Assembly: GCA_947084965.1 (NCBI GenBank) | Contig: CAMTUG010000001.1 | Coordinates: 74,166-138,165, forward strand | DNA length: 64,000 bases | Direction: 5' to 3' | Source: an uncultured Parcubacteria group bacterium | GTDB taxonomy: Bacteria; Patescibacteriota; Patescibacteriia; UBA9934; CAMTUG01 | Part shown: positions 18,217 to 26,958 of the stretch, in pieces | Layout: each line of letters begins with the position of its first letter | Position numbering within the stretch: the stretch's first letter is position 1 | Program-made: the position numbers and the translations under genes | Notes under the pieces: generated by a model | The model's input: the letters and a program-made list of their open reading frames with translations, nothing else | What the model was told of the DNA's origin: nothing | Database searches by the model: none

Positions 18217-20286
18217 ATGCGCCTCACCAGGCTTCTTTACACCCACATCATCGTCTTCATCCTCGGGATGATCACGATGCTCACGAGCCTCACCGGCTGC
18301 TCGGATCCGTTCGAACAGTGGCAGGAAGAGATGCGTCTGGCCGAGATCGGCGGCCACGAAGGCGACATCATCGATCTGCCGTTCGAGGCGGGCTACGAGG
18401 CGCTCTGCACCCAGGGGGCGCATGGGGAGTACAGCCACGCGAGCGAGTCGACCGAGTACGACATCGACCTCGACACCCCGAACGACAGCGTCGACCTCGT
18501 CTACGCCCCGGTCGGCGGGGTGGCCTACGTCCACATGGACTCGGCGTCCAAGAACTTCGGCTACCACGTCAACATCGACCGCGACGACGGGACCTACGTC
18601 ATCCTCGGACACCTCTCGGACATCTACGTCGAGGACGGGGTCGAGGTGGCGGCCGGGCAGATCGTCGGGACGGAAGGGTGCACGGGCTACTGCTCGGGCG
18701 ACCACGTCCACTTCGGTCTGCACTCCGGCGATGCGGCGAGCCCCGGTGAGCGGGCGACCTCGATCAAGGTCAGCTACCTGGTCGACGACGTGACCGCCGG
18801 GGAGGAGGGCGAGGTCTACACCAGCGAGGAGATGATCTGCGACCTCGAAGGCGGCGGGCACCGCTACCGCTCGCTCCTCACGACCCCGACCTGGCACCCC
18901 AACGGGTCCTTGGTCAAGACCCCGTGGGACGAGGAGGTCTTCCTGATCGAGAACGGCACCAAGCGGTGGATCACCGATCAGGACGTCTTCTGGTCGCTCG
19001 GCTACTCCTTCGAGGACGTGGCGCTCATCTCCGGCACGGAGCTGAACTGCTACGACCAGGGGGATGACGTGGCCACGGCGGACGAGGTGCCGACCGCGTA
19101 CACGAGCGCGGACGGGACGGTGACGCTCCACGAGGGCGAGCTGGTCAAGGAGAGCTCGGAGAGCGACGTCTACGTCATCTCGGAAGGGGTGGCGATGCCG
19201 ATCGAATCCTGGGACGTGCTCCTGAAGCTCGGCTGGGGTGAGCGGCCGATCACCACGATCGACGACGGGACGATCGAGGAGATCGTCGGCGCGGTCGGGA
19301 GCTGTGCGGCCGACATCTGGTGCCTCGACCACGACCTCCTCGAGGCGTGCGAAACGACCAACCCGGCCAACGTCGGCGGGAGCGAGGACACCGCGAGCGA
19401 GGAGGAGAACGAGACCGAGGCTGTGGATCCGTCGTCGATGCTCGAGGGGGAGATCGAGGACGGGGAGTTCGGGCTCGTGTTCCTGCCGCCCGATGGCTAC
19501 GAAGCGGAGCACATCACCCTCACCGGGACCGCGATCGACGCTGAGGGGAACACCCTCTACGCCGAGCGCGAGCTGGCGAGCGAGAACGGGGACACGGCGC
19601 TCTGGTGGACGACCATGGCGTTCGAGGACGGTGGAGTCTTCGACTTCTACGTCACCTACACCGACGGGATGGGCGACCGCTACTCCTGCGAGATCGAGAA
19701 CGACGGGAGCTACCGCATGAACGGCACGCTCTACATGGTCTACGGCGCCGAGGTGATCGACATCGAGACCGTGCTCGAGAGTGCCAACGGCGGGCGGCAC
19801 TGCTACGTGCGGCCGCGGATTCCGCCGGGGTACACGATCGAGATCGATACCGGCGACTCGAACAGCAGCGGGGACACCGGAGAGCCGACGGTCGACACCG
19901 GAACCGCCACCGACGCGGAGGTCGAGATCTGCTACGCCCCCGGGGTGACGATGTCTGGCGGGGAGCTCTACCTCGACGGAGGATTCTTCACCCACTGGGA
20001 TACGAGTCCGGCTGACACCGCCGCTTCCGGCGACACGACGATGTGCGAAACGGTCACCGCTGTCTCAGGAGAGACGATCAAGGTGAACGGTTGGTTCATC
20101 GAGCGCGGCGGATCCGGGACGGTCGAGTGGGCGGCGTACAACAACGTGTGCGCGTCGATCGACTGGCAGGGGAGTGTGACCGTGGACTCGGCGAGCGTCA
20201 GCGTGACGACCGCGCCGTGGAGCGCCGCGTCCTGGGCCAGCGACCCCTGCATGACCGGCGGGGACGGCTACTTCACCGTCCCGTAG
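18217..20286 (+). CDS. Lipoprotein with M23 (LytM-type) metallopeptidase domain, 689 aa, GC-rich
   Basis: Lipobox LTGC; HxxxD (HVNIDRDD) and HxH (GDHVHFGLH) motifs; AGGAGG RBS; about 68 % GC. Confidence 0.75.
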   Translation: MRLTRLLYTHIIVFILGMITMLTSLTGCSDPFEQWQEEMRLAEIGGHEGDIIDLPFEAGYEALCTQGAHGEYSHASESTEYDIDLDTPNDSVDLVYAPVGGVAYVHMDSASKNFGYHVNIDRDDGTYVILGHLSDIYVEDGVEVAAGQIVGTEGCTGYCSGDHVHFGLHSGDAASPGERATSIKVSYLVDDVTAGEEGEVYTSEEMICDLEGGGHRYRSLLTTPTWHPNGSLVKTPWDEEVFLIENGTKRWITDQDVFWSLGYSFEDVALISGTELNCYDQGDDVATADEVPTAYTSADGTVTLHEGELVKESSESDVYVISEGVAMPIESWDVLLKLGWGERPITTIDDGTIEEIVGAVGSCAADIWCLDHDLLEACETTNPANVGGSEDTASEEENETEAVDPSSMLEGEIEDGEFGLVFLPPDGYEAEHITLTGTAIDAEGNTLYAERELASENGDTALWWTTMAFEDGGVFDFYVTYTDGMGDRYSCEIENDGSYRMNGTLYMVYGAEVIDIETVLESANGGRHCYVRPRIPPGYTIEIDTGDSNSSGDTGEPTVDTGTATDAEVEICYAPGVTMSGGELYLDGGFFTHWDTSPADTAASGDTTMCETVTAVSGETIKVNGWFIERGGSGTVEWAAYNNVCASIDWQGSVTVDSASVSVTTAPWSAASWASDPCMTGGDGYFTVP

Positions 20287-20372
20287 CAACAACATCAATC
20301 GACAGGGGGCGGATGGCTACTCCATCCGCCCACCTTCGCTTACGAAACTGAACTAGTTTGAGCGTCAAAACC

Positions 20373-20395
20373 TGAGGTCACAATTTGTGACCTCA
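20373..20395. repeat. Perfect 23-nt palindrome tgaggtcacaatttgtgacctca (operator-like)
   Basis: Self-complementary; 29 nt upstream of ORF6N gene. Confidence 0.7.
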
Positions 20396-20423
20396 AGTTA
20401 CGCAGTCAGAATGATTCTAAAAT

Positions 20424-20927
20424 ATGGAAACGAATATTCCCATCGAACGTATCTATCAAAATATTTATCTCATTCGGGGAAAAAAGGTTATGTTAGATTC
20501 TGATCTGGCTATCCTTTATGGTGTAGAGACAAGATCCCTAAACCAAGCCGTGCGTCGCAATATCGAACGTTTTCCGGAAGACTTTATGTTTGAACTAAGC
20601 TCAGTTGAGCTAAAATCTTTGAGATCACAAATTGTGATCTCAAACGGTCGAGGTGGAGCCAGATATGGCCACATGGTTTTTTCTGAATACGGAATCGCCA
20701 TGTTATCGAGTGTTTTGCGAAGTGAAAAGGCGGTGCAGGTCAATATTCAGATCATTCGGGCATTTATTGCTCTGCGTGACTTTGTGCTTAGTAATGATGA
20801 TTTGCAGATGAAAATCGAAGCACTTGAATTGCGTTATGACGGCGAGTTGCGTTCAGTTTTCGATGCTCTGAATCGTCTTCTGACTGAAGAGGAGAAGCCG
20901 GAACCAGAAATCGGCTTCAAAACTTGA
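20424..20927 (+). CDS. ORF6N/KilA-N domain protein (phage antirepressor-like DNA-binding)
   Basis: KVMLDSDLAILYGVETRSLNQAVRRNIERFPEDFMFEL signature. Confidence 0.7.
   Translation: METNIPIERIYQNIYLIRGKKVMLDSDLAILYGVETRSLNQAVRRNIERFPEDFMFELSSVELKSLRSQIVISNGRGGARYGHMVFSEYGIAMLSSVLRSEKAVQVNIQIIRAFIALRDFVLSNDDLQMKIEALELRYDGELRSVFDALNRLLTEEEKPEPEIGFKT
20619..20643. repeat. Perfect 25-nt palindrome ttgagatcacaaattgtgatctcaa inside ORF6N gene
   Basis: Identical to copy at 20925-20949. Confidence 0.7.
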
Positions 20928-20949
20928 GATCACAAATTGTGATCTCAAA
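20925..20949. repeat. Perfect 25-nt palindrome overlapping ORF6N stop codon
   Basis: ttgagatcacaaattgtgatctcaa. Confidence 0.7.
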
Positions 20950-20987
20950 GATGATCCACCTTATACACACGAAAAAGTTGGTCATCT

Positions 20988-20998
20988 GTGTTATACTT
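20988..20998 (+). promoter_or_regulatory. Extended -10 promoter TGtTATACT, 8 nt before ATG of VirB6-like gene
   Basis: Motif match; possible -35 ttggtc upstream. Confidence 0.45.
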
Positions 20999-21006
20999 TT
21001 ACCGAT

Positions 21007-23787
21007 ATGCAAGCGCTTAAGGTGCACGTCGAGCGTGCTCTGAATTGGCTCCGCGGCCACAAACGAGAGGTCGTCGGGGTGTTTTGCGTTTTGACGATCA
21101 TGCTGGTTGTTGTGCCGGCGTTTGGTCAAGACGGTGGTGCGGGGGGCGGCGGTCTCGACACCTTTGAACGCTTTGCTTTGTGGATCGCTCGGCTCATGTC
21201 CTATATCGCCATCGGTGTTGTTAAACTGATCGTCCTTTTGATCGACGTCGTTCTGATCCCGATCATGCGTTACAACGAATTTTCCACTTCGCCGATTGTG
21301 GCCCAGGGGTGGGTAGTGGTGCGCGACTTGGTCAACATGTTCTTCGTCGTCGTCCTGCTTTTGATCGCCTTCCAAACGATCCTCGGTCTTGGTCGTGCGG
21401 ATTGGAAGACGCAAGTTCCACGTCTTCTCATCATGGCCGTGGTCATCAACTTTTCTCGCACGATCGCCGGGGTCTTGATCGACTTTGGCCAGGTGGTGAT
21501 GATCACCTTTGTGAACGCGATCCAAAATGTGGCGGGTGGAAATTTTATCCAGCTTTTTGGCCTCGACGAACTATTTAAGTTCAGTGAAGTGGCGGTGGCG
21601 AGCGGGGTCGATAACGGCTCAGGGATGCAAACGTTTGATTTTTTGATCGCCTCGTTTTTGACGCTCATCTTGACCTTTGTCATTTTGGCTTCGATGGTCG
21701 TTCTTTCTGGGTTGCTGGCGTTCCGGATCGTGATTTTGTGGTGTTTGATTATTATGGCTCCGCTCACCTTTTTCCTCGGCGGAGCAAAAGGGGTTATCGG
21801 TCCGGCTGGCGGGCATTACGCCGATTGGTGGAAGCGGTTTACCGGTGCGGTGACTCTCGGACCGATTTTGACGTTCTTCATATGGCTAGCGCTCGCTGCG
21901 GCCAGTGCAGGGAATCTTGCTGAAACACAGGGGTTTGATACGTCGAACGCGAATGAAACAGAGACACAGACGACCGGTTTGATCACCGCCGCATTCGAAG
22001 CTGAGAATATGACCTCGCTGATTATTGCGGTGGCGTTGTTGTTTGCTGGGATTGAAGTTTCGCAATCATCGGCCAGTGCGATCGGTTCGCAGGCGGGGAA
22101 GATCGCCTCTGGTGGGATCGCTTCCATCCCTGGCCTCGCCCGCACCATGGGTCGCATGACCGCCACCGCTCCGCTTGCGGCTGCGGGCGCGGCGAAAAAA
22201 GTCGGGTTGGCTGCCACACCAATCGCGGTTCAGCACGGGGTTCGTCAATGGACCGGCGGCACGTTGGCAGGAATCGGACAGCGGATGGCCGCTATCCCGG
22301 TCATCGGCGGTATTGGGCGCGGAGTGCGTAACGCCGGTCTTTCAATTAACGCCGGTGTAGCGTCAGAAAAAGAACACGAGCGTGCCGAAGCGGCCAAAGC
22401 GAACGCTGGGCTTGGCAAAGCCGATCTCATGTCTGTGGCCCGTACCCCAGATTCGGCCTTTATGGGTGAAATGGACAAACTCCGTAAACAGGACGCCGCT
22501 ATTGCGCTTCTCAACAGCAAGAAGAAACTTCAATCCCTTTCACCGGACGAAGTTTTGGAATTTGGTCGCACGTACCACGACATTTCCGGCGAATTGCCTG
22601 ATGACATTAAGGACAAGTTTGGTAAGAATGCTTTGATGATGGCGCCACAGATCGCTGGGGAAGAAGTCAAGCGCGAAGACTTTGCCGACGAGGCCTCGTA
22701 CCGCGAAGCGCGCAAAAACAAGATCAAAGGCCAGCTTGGCGTTATGGCTCAGACGCCGGGTGATCTTCTGAAGATCGAATCACAAGCGTTTCAGGATCAG
22801 GATTTCATCGCGGCGATGCAAGAGACAAAAGGGATCCGTGGCGAGCCGGACAAGAACGTTATGGAATGGATGGAAACACGCGGAAAGCCAGAACAAAAAC
22901 TTGCGCTGCAGGGAGTTTTGGCTAATCGCGAAGCGCAGTCGCGTGGGGAGCTCTTCTCCTCCGCTGCGGCCGTGGCCGGGATTCCGCGCGGCACTGCGGC
23001 TGGCGATCCAGCATTAACGGCGGCGATTGCAGATTTGGCTGCAAGGATTGCGGCGCTAAAGCCGGGGGCGGACGGGAAGTTTGCTGTGCCTGGGGCTTTG
23101 AATGACGTGATGCTGAGCAATCCGAACGTTGCCAAGACATTCATGGAAAATGCGCAGCCTGGTCTTCTCAAAGCTGCGCTTGAAGATCCGGTCCGCGGTG
23201 CGGCGATTGCCGGTTCCGTGAACGTTTCGAACGTCGAAGAATTGCTAGATTCGGAAAATCTTACCCCAGAGAATAAAAATCTACTCGCCAAAGATCCAAA
23301 GATGGCTGAGGCGCTCAACAATGCTCTCGACGCTCGCGACCAGGAGATCTCCGACGCTCAGCCAGACGTTGACCTGCGAGCGGAGGAACTTGCTCCGAAC
23401 GCAGCCCGACGGTTGGAAGCGGGGCTTGGTGCCGGGTCTGTTGGCTACAATCGTGATACGAGAACTTTCAGCAGTCCAGAATCGCAAGCGGCGCTTATTG
23501 CGGCTATCTCTGAGAAGCCAGAGATCGTGGTTAACCTTGGCGATGCCTTGAAGGCGGAGAATTTTGCTGGACCGCTTGGGGCGGCGGTCGCCCAGGCGAT
23601 GAAGAACGTCAACGTCCCAACGCTCAGCCAGCGCGTGTTGAATGCCGGTTCGCAAGTTGAACAGGCCGGTTTGATTGCGGCGATCAATTCACTCGAGCGC
23701 GCATTACGCGCGGATGCATCTGGCGACGCCGTGGTGGCACAGAAACTGGCGCAGTTGATCAGTGCCAAAAAACGCATGAACATTTAG
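21007..23787 (+). CDS. T4SS VirB6/TrbL-like polytopic membrane protein with long hydrophilic C-terminal extension
   Basis: 6-7 N-terminal TM helices, 926 aa, followed by VirB4-type ATPase locus. Confidence 0.6.
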   Translation: MQALKVHVERALNWLRGHKREVVGVFCVLTIMLVVVPAFGQDGGAGGGGLDTFERFALWIARLMSYIAIGVVKLIVLLIDVVLIPIMRYNEFSTSPIVAQGWVVVRDLVNMFFVVVLLLIAFQTILGLGRADWKTQVPRLLIMAVVINFSRTIAGVLIDFGQVVMITFVNAIQNVAGGNFIQLFGLDELFKFSEVAVASGVDNGSGMQTFDFLIASFLTLILTFVILASMVVLSGLLAFRIVILWCLIIMAPLTFFLGGAKGVIGPAGGHYADWWKRFTGAVTLGPILTFFIWLALAAASAGNLAETQGFDTSNANETETQTTGLITAAFEAENMTSLIIAVALLFAGIEVSQSSASAIGSQAGKIASGGIASIPGLARTMGRMTATAPLAAAGAAKKVGLAATPIAVQHGVRQWTGGTLAGIGQRMAAIPVIGGIGRGVRNAGLSINAGVASEKEHERAEAAKANAGLGKADLMSVARTPDSAFMGEMDKLRKQDAAIALLNSKKKLQSLSPDEVLEFGRTYHDISGELPDDIKDKFGKNALMMAPQIAGEEVKREDFADEASYREARKNKIKGQLGVMAQTPGDLLKIESQAFQDQDFIAAMQETKGIRGEPDKNVMEWMETRGKPEQKLALQGVLANREAQSRGELFSSAAAVAGIPRGTAAGDPALTAAIADLAARIAALKPGADGKFAVPGALNDVMLSNPNVAKTFMENAQPGLLKAALEDPVRGAAIAGSVNVSNVEELLDSENLTPENKNLLAKDPKMAEALNNALDARDQEISDAQPDVDLRAEELAPNAARRLEAGLGAGSVGYNRDTRTFSSPESQAALIAAISEKPEIVVNLGDALKAENFAGPLGAAVAQAMKNVNVPTLSQRVLNAGSQVEQAGLIAAINSLERALRADASGDAVVAQKLAQLISAKKRMNI

Positions 23788-23927
23788 GGAATGTTTAAAA
23801 AACTCGCGATCTGCCGGTTTGCGGGGCCCTGCCACCTCTTCGTCGTACGTAGTGTGTACGCCTCAGAGGATGGCTGCCCCGCGCACCGACATCTCATCAA
23901 GTTTTTCAAACATTCCAGCTTTACTTA

Positions 23928-25571
23928 ATGGGGGGTATGCCGACACGGCTGGAACAATATCAACAGTTGCCAAAAGCCGTTTCCGACTTCTTTTTTGATC
24001 TGTCAAAGCAGGAAGCGGCCACGGCTAAACTTGTGACGCACGGGATCACGGAGGACATGGCGTTTGATCTATTACTTATCGCTGAAGATGTCCTTCTAAA
24101 AAACGTGCGCTTACAGGATGTGTATTCTAAAGTCGCGGATTTGACGAAGCTCGATCCAGAAAAAGCAAAGATCGTGGCTCGCGACTTGATCGGCTCGCGA
24201 TTGCTCCCGCTTGAGGCCTTTACGCCAGGGGTCCCTGAAGAGCTCGCTCGTCTTGGGGGAACCGTTGCGGAGTATCCGGCCGAGCGGGTAGAAAAACGCA
24301 AAGTGAGTGCGGAGAGTTTTGTTCGTGAAACGTTGAACGGCTTGAATTTGCGTCTGCCTGATCCGGCTTTGCAGAGTCGACTGGAGTTTATTCTCGTTTC
24401 GTTTGCCCGCGGAGTGCGCACGGCCGATCAGGCGGTCGCCATGATGGGACGATCTGACAAGGTCGGTGGATTGAACTTGTCCGAAGAGCAGGCGAGAAAG
24501 GTCATCACAGTGATCGACGAGCGGAAGAAGTCGGTGGATGTAGAAGAAATGAGTACAGAAGACAGGAAAGAGGAAAGAGGGGAGAGGAAAGAAGAGGAGA
24601 AAACGGAGGTGCGGGTGGCACCAGCCGTAGTGCCAAACGGAATCGATACGTTTGTTGCAGATGTTCTTGCAAAGATTAATCTCTCCTTTCCGTCCTCAGA
24701 TTTGAACACACGCTTGAAGAATGTCGTCACGGCACGTTTGCGTGATTTGCGCACGTTGGCACAGACAAAAGATCTGCTTGTTTCGCCGATCGATAAGAAC
24801 GGTCTCGCGTTGAGTCCTGAGCAGGCTGCTCAGGTGGCGACGATCATCGAATCTGCCGTTGCCGAGCGATCAGGTGCACATCAAGCCGTTGCTAATCAAG
24901 CCAAGTCAACGTACATCGATGATCGTCAGAAGCAGCTCAGTCAGCGCGAAGTCTTGGCGCAACGAGAAGGCGAGGTGCTAGCCAAGCGCTATGCGGCGAT
25001 GACGGGCAAGGCGCCGATCGGTGCGGTGGAGTCGGCAGCCCCAGCTTCTGCTCGTGTTTCTGCTGCTGTTCCCAAAATGGCCGATTTGAGTGCTCATGAA
25101 AGGCGTGTGGATGCTGCGGCCAAAGCGGTCATGACCAGCGCGGCTCCGCGTCCGGCCCCGGTCATGCCGAAACTCTCCACCCCGTCTGTTGCCCCAGCCG
25201 GAGGAGCAGATCGTCCGCCTGTGGCAGACGTGAAATATGCACCCAAGCTCGCTGGCCCCGTTCAGGAACTCCAGATGATGACCCCTGTCGACTTTCGCCG
25301 TCTTTCGAGTGATCCTGAACAAGCGGCGCTTAAAGTTCAAGATATTATCGGCCTTTTGACTCAACAATCCTACGAAAAGCGGGTGGAGGGGGTTCAGGCC
25401 TGGCAATCTTCGCCGGTCAACAAGCTGTATATCGCCATGTCCCAAGACGTTCTCACGACAGGAAAGTCCGTCGTTGATGTATCGGCCGCCTGGAAAGCGG
25501 CGGGGAAGGAGGCGCTGACCCCAGAAGAGCTTCGGGCGATCGTGAAATTGAATGCAGGACTCCACTTTTAG
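23928..25571 (+). CDS. Hypothetical T4SS-associated protein with internal duplicated about 70-aa segment
   Basis: Repeat LNLRLPDPALQSRLEF.. / INLSFPSSDLNTRLKN..; contains in-frame purine-rich insertion at 24557-24600. Confidence 0.5.
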   Translation: MGGMPTRLEQYQQLPKAVSDFFFDLSKQEAATAKLVTHGITEDMAFDLLLIAEDVLLKNVRLQDVYSKVADLTKLDPEKAKIVARDLIGSRLLPLEAFTPGVPEELARLGGTVAEYPAERVEKRKVSAESFVRETLNGLNLRLPDPALQSRLEFILVSFARGVRTADQAVAMMGRSDKVGGLNLSEEQARKVITVIDERKKSVDVEEMSTEDRKEERGERKEEEKTEVRVAPAVVPNGIDTFVADVLAKINLSFPSSDLNTRLKNVVTARLRDLRTLAQTKDLLVSPIDKNGLALSPEQAAQVATIIESAVAERSGAHQAVANQAKSTYIDDRQKQLSQREVLAQREGEVLAKRYAAMTGKAPIGAVESAAPASARVSAAVPKMADLSAHERRVDAAAKAVMTSAAPRPAPVMPKLSTPSVAPAGGADRPPVADVKYAPKLAGPVQELQMMTPVDFRRLSSDPEQAALKVQDIIGLLTQQSYEKRVEGVQAWQSSPVNKLYIAMSQDVLTTGKSVVDVSAAWKAAGKEALTPEELRAIVKLNAGLHF

Positions 25572-25580
25572 TGCTATACT
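25572..25580 (+). promoter_or_regulatory. Extended -10 promoter TGCTATACT, 6 nt before ATG
   Basis: Motif match. Confidence 0.5.
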
Positions 25581-25586
25581 TCCTTC

Positions 25587-26018
25587 ATGCCTGATCAATT
25601 TGTCGTCCCTCAATTTATCGATGTCGAGGATAAAATTTTAGGACCGCTTTCGGTGCGGCAGTTTGTGATTTTGCTCCTGGTGCTGCTAACGGACGCCTTG
25701 CTCTATAAGCTCCTCACCTTTGGAAAGTTTATGATGGTGGGGATTCCGGTGATCATCATCGGTGGGGTGTTCGCTTTTGTGAAGATTAACGGCCAGCCGT
25801 TTCATTATGCTCTTCTGAATATCGTACAGACGCTTCGTAAACCGGGGATTCGGGTGTGGGATAAGCACCTGACCGACGGCGAGGTGCGTAGTTTTATTAC
25901 AGAAGAAGCAGCCCCGCCACCGCCACCACCGGTCCGTAAGGCTGCGCTTACTTCGAGCCGTTTGTCTGAGCTGTCCCTCGTCGTCAACACAGGTGGGGTT
26001 TACAATCCAGAGGAATAG
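25587..26018 (+). CDS. Small 2-TM membrane protein, possibly VirB3/PrgI-like
   Basis: Two hydrophobic helices, poly-Pro stretch; position in T4SS-like locus. Confidence 0.35.
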   Translation: MPDQFVVPQFIDVEDKILGPLSVRQFVILLLVLLTDALLYKLLTFGKFMMVGIPVIIIGGVFAFVKINGQPFHYALLNIVQTLRKPGIRVWDKHLTDGEVRSFITEEAAPPPPPPVRKAALTSSRLSELSLVVNTGGVYNPEE

Positions 26019-26021
26019 TAT

Positions 26022-26137
26022 GAAATTCGAAATACGAAGTACGAAACAATCGGAAAATCAGAAAGGGAAAGTTTCAAAATTTCCTCTTTCCGATTCGAAT
26101 TTGTTTCGGATTTCGATATTCGAATTTCGTATTTATA
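26022..26137. repeat. Palindromic intergenic repeat, copy d
   Basis: gaaattcgaaatacgaagtacgaaacaat ... attcgaatttgtttcggatttcgatattcgaatttcgtattt. Confidence 0.75.
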
Positions 26138-26146
26138 GCGAGCGGT

Positions 26147-26851
26147 ATGGCCAAAGATAAGAACACCTTAGCAAAACCGAAGCCGGGTCCAGCGACCCAG
26201 CGGTATTTGGATATCGCCGAAATCCGCGATGACATGGTGCTGTTGAAGGACGGCACGGTTCGCGGGGTGTTGATCGTCTCTTCGCTTAACTTTGCGTTGA
26301 AGTCGCACGATGAACAGCAGGCGATTATTCAGGCATACATGTCCTTCTTGAACGGGATCGAATATCCAATTCAGATCGTGGTGCAGTCGCGCAAAATGAA
26401 CATTGATAAGTATATTGAGGAGATGCGCGAACAGTGGCGCAATCAAACAAATGAGTTGCTGAAAACGCAGATCCAGGAATATATCGGTTTCATCACCCAG
26501 CTCGTCACCCTTGGGGAGATCATGACCAAGCGTTTCTTCGTCGTCGTTCCCTATGACCCGGTGACCAACAGCAAGAAAAAGTTTTTGTCGCGGGTGGGGG
26601 AAGCATTTTCCCCAGCGAAACTTTTCAAACTCAAGCGGAAGCAGCTTGAAGAGCGCAAGCGCGAATTAGATCAGCGCCTATCTCTCATTCAAAGTGGGCT
26701 CGGTTCGATGAGTTTGCAGTCCGTGCGGCTCGATACCCAGGGGCTGATTGAACTCTATTATTCGGTGTACAATCCTGAGCAGGCCGAAGTACAAAAATTG
26801 GAAGACGTCAATAAATTGCGGGTCGAAGATTCGGGTGCAGTAAGTCTCTAG
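26147..26851 (+). CDS. Hypothetical protein, VirB4 N-terminal-domain-like
   Basis: KDGTVRGVLIVSSLNF...IEYPIQIVVQS resembles VirB4/TraC N-domain logic. Confidence 0.35.
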   Translation: MAKDKNTLAKPKPGPATQRYLDIAEIRDDMVLLKDGTVRGVLIVSSLNFALKSHDEQQAIIQAYMSFLNGIEYPIQIVVQSRKMNIDKYIEEMREQWRNQTNELLKTQIQEYIGFITQLVTLGEIMTKRFFVVVPYDPVTNSKKKFLSRVGEAFSPAKLFKLKRKQLEERKRELDQRLSLIQSGLGSMSLQSVRLDTQGLIELYYSVYNPEQAEVQKLEDVNKLRVEDSGAVSL

Positions 26852-26855
26852 TATG

Positions 26856-26950
26856 AAATTCGAAATACAAAATACGAAGTACGAAACAATCGGAACATCT
26901 GAAGGAGAAAATCAGAAAATTTCGAATTTCGATATTCGGATTTCGTATTT
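26856..26950. repeat. Palindromic intergenic repeat, copy e
   Basis: Near-identical to copy d at both ends. Confidence 0.75.
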
Positions 26951-26958
26951 ATCATAGT

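Noticed and set aside
18115-19995. 626-aa ORF on minus strand
   Set aside because: Antisense to the M23 lipoprotein gene in a 68 % GC region where stop-free antisense frames are expected. Composition is Arg/Gly/Pro-rich and repetitive with no motifs.
23830-23885. Imperfect long hairpin after the VirB6-like gene
   Set aside because: Pairing is imperfect and no U-tract follows. It might be a weak terminator but is not supportable as a feature.
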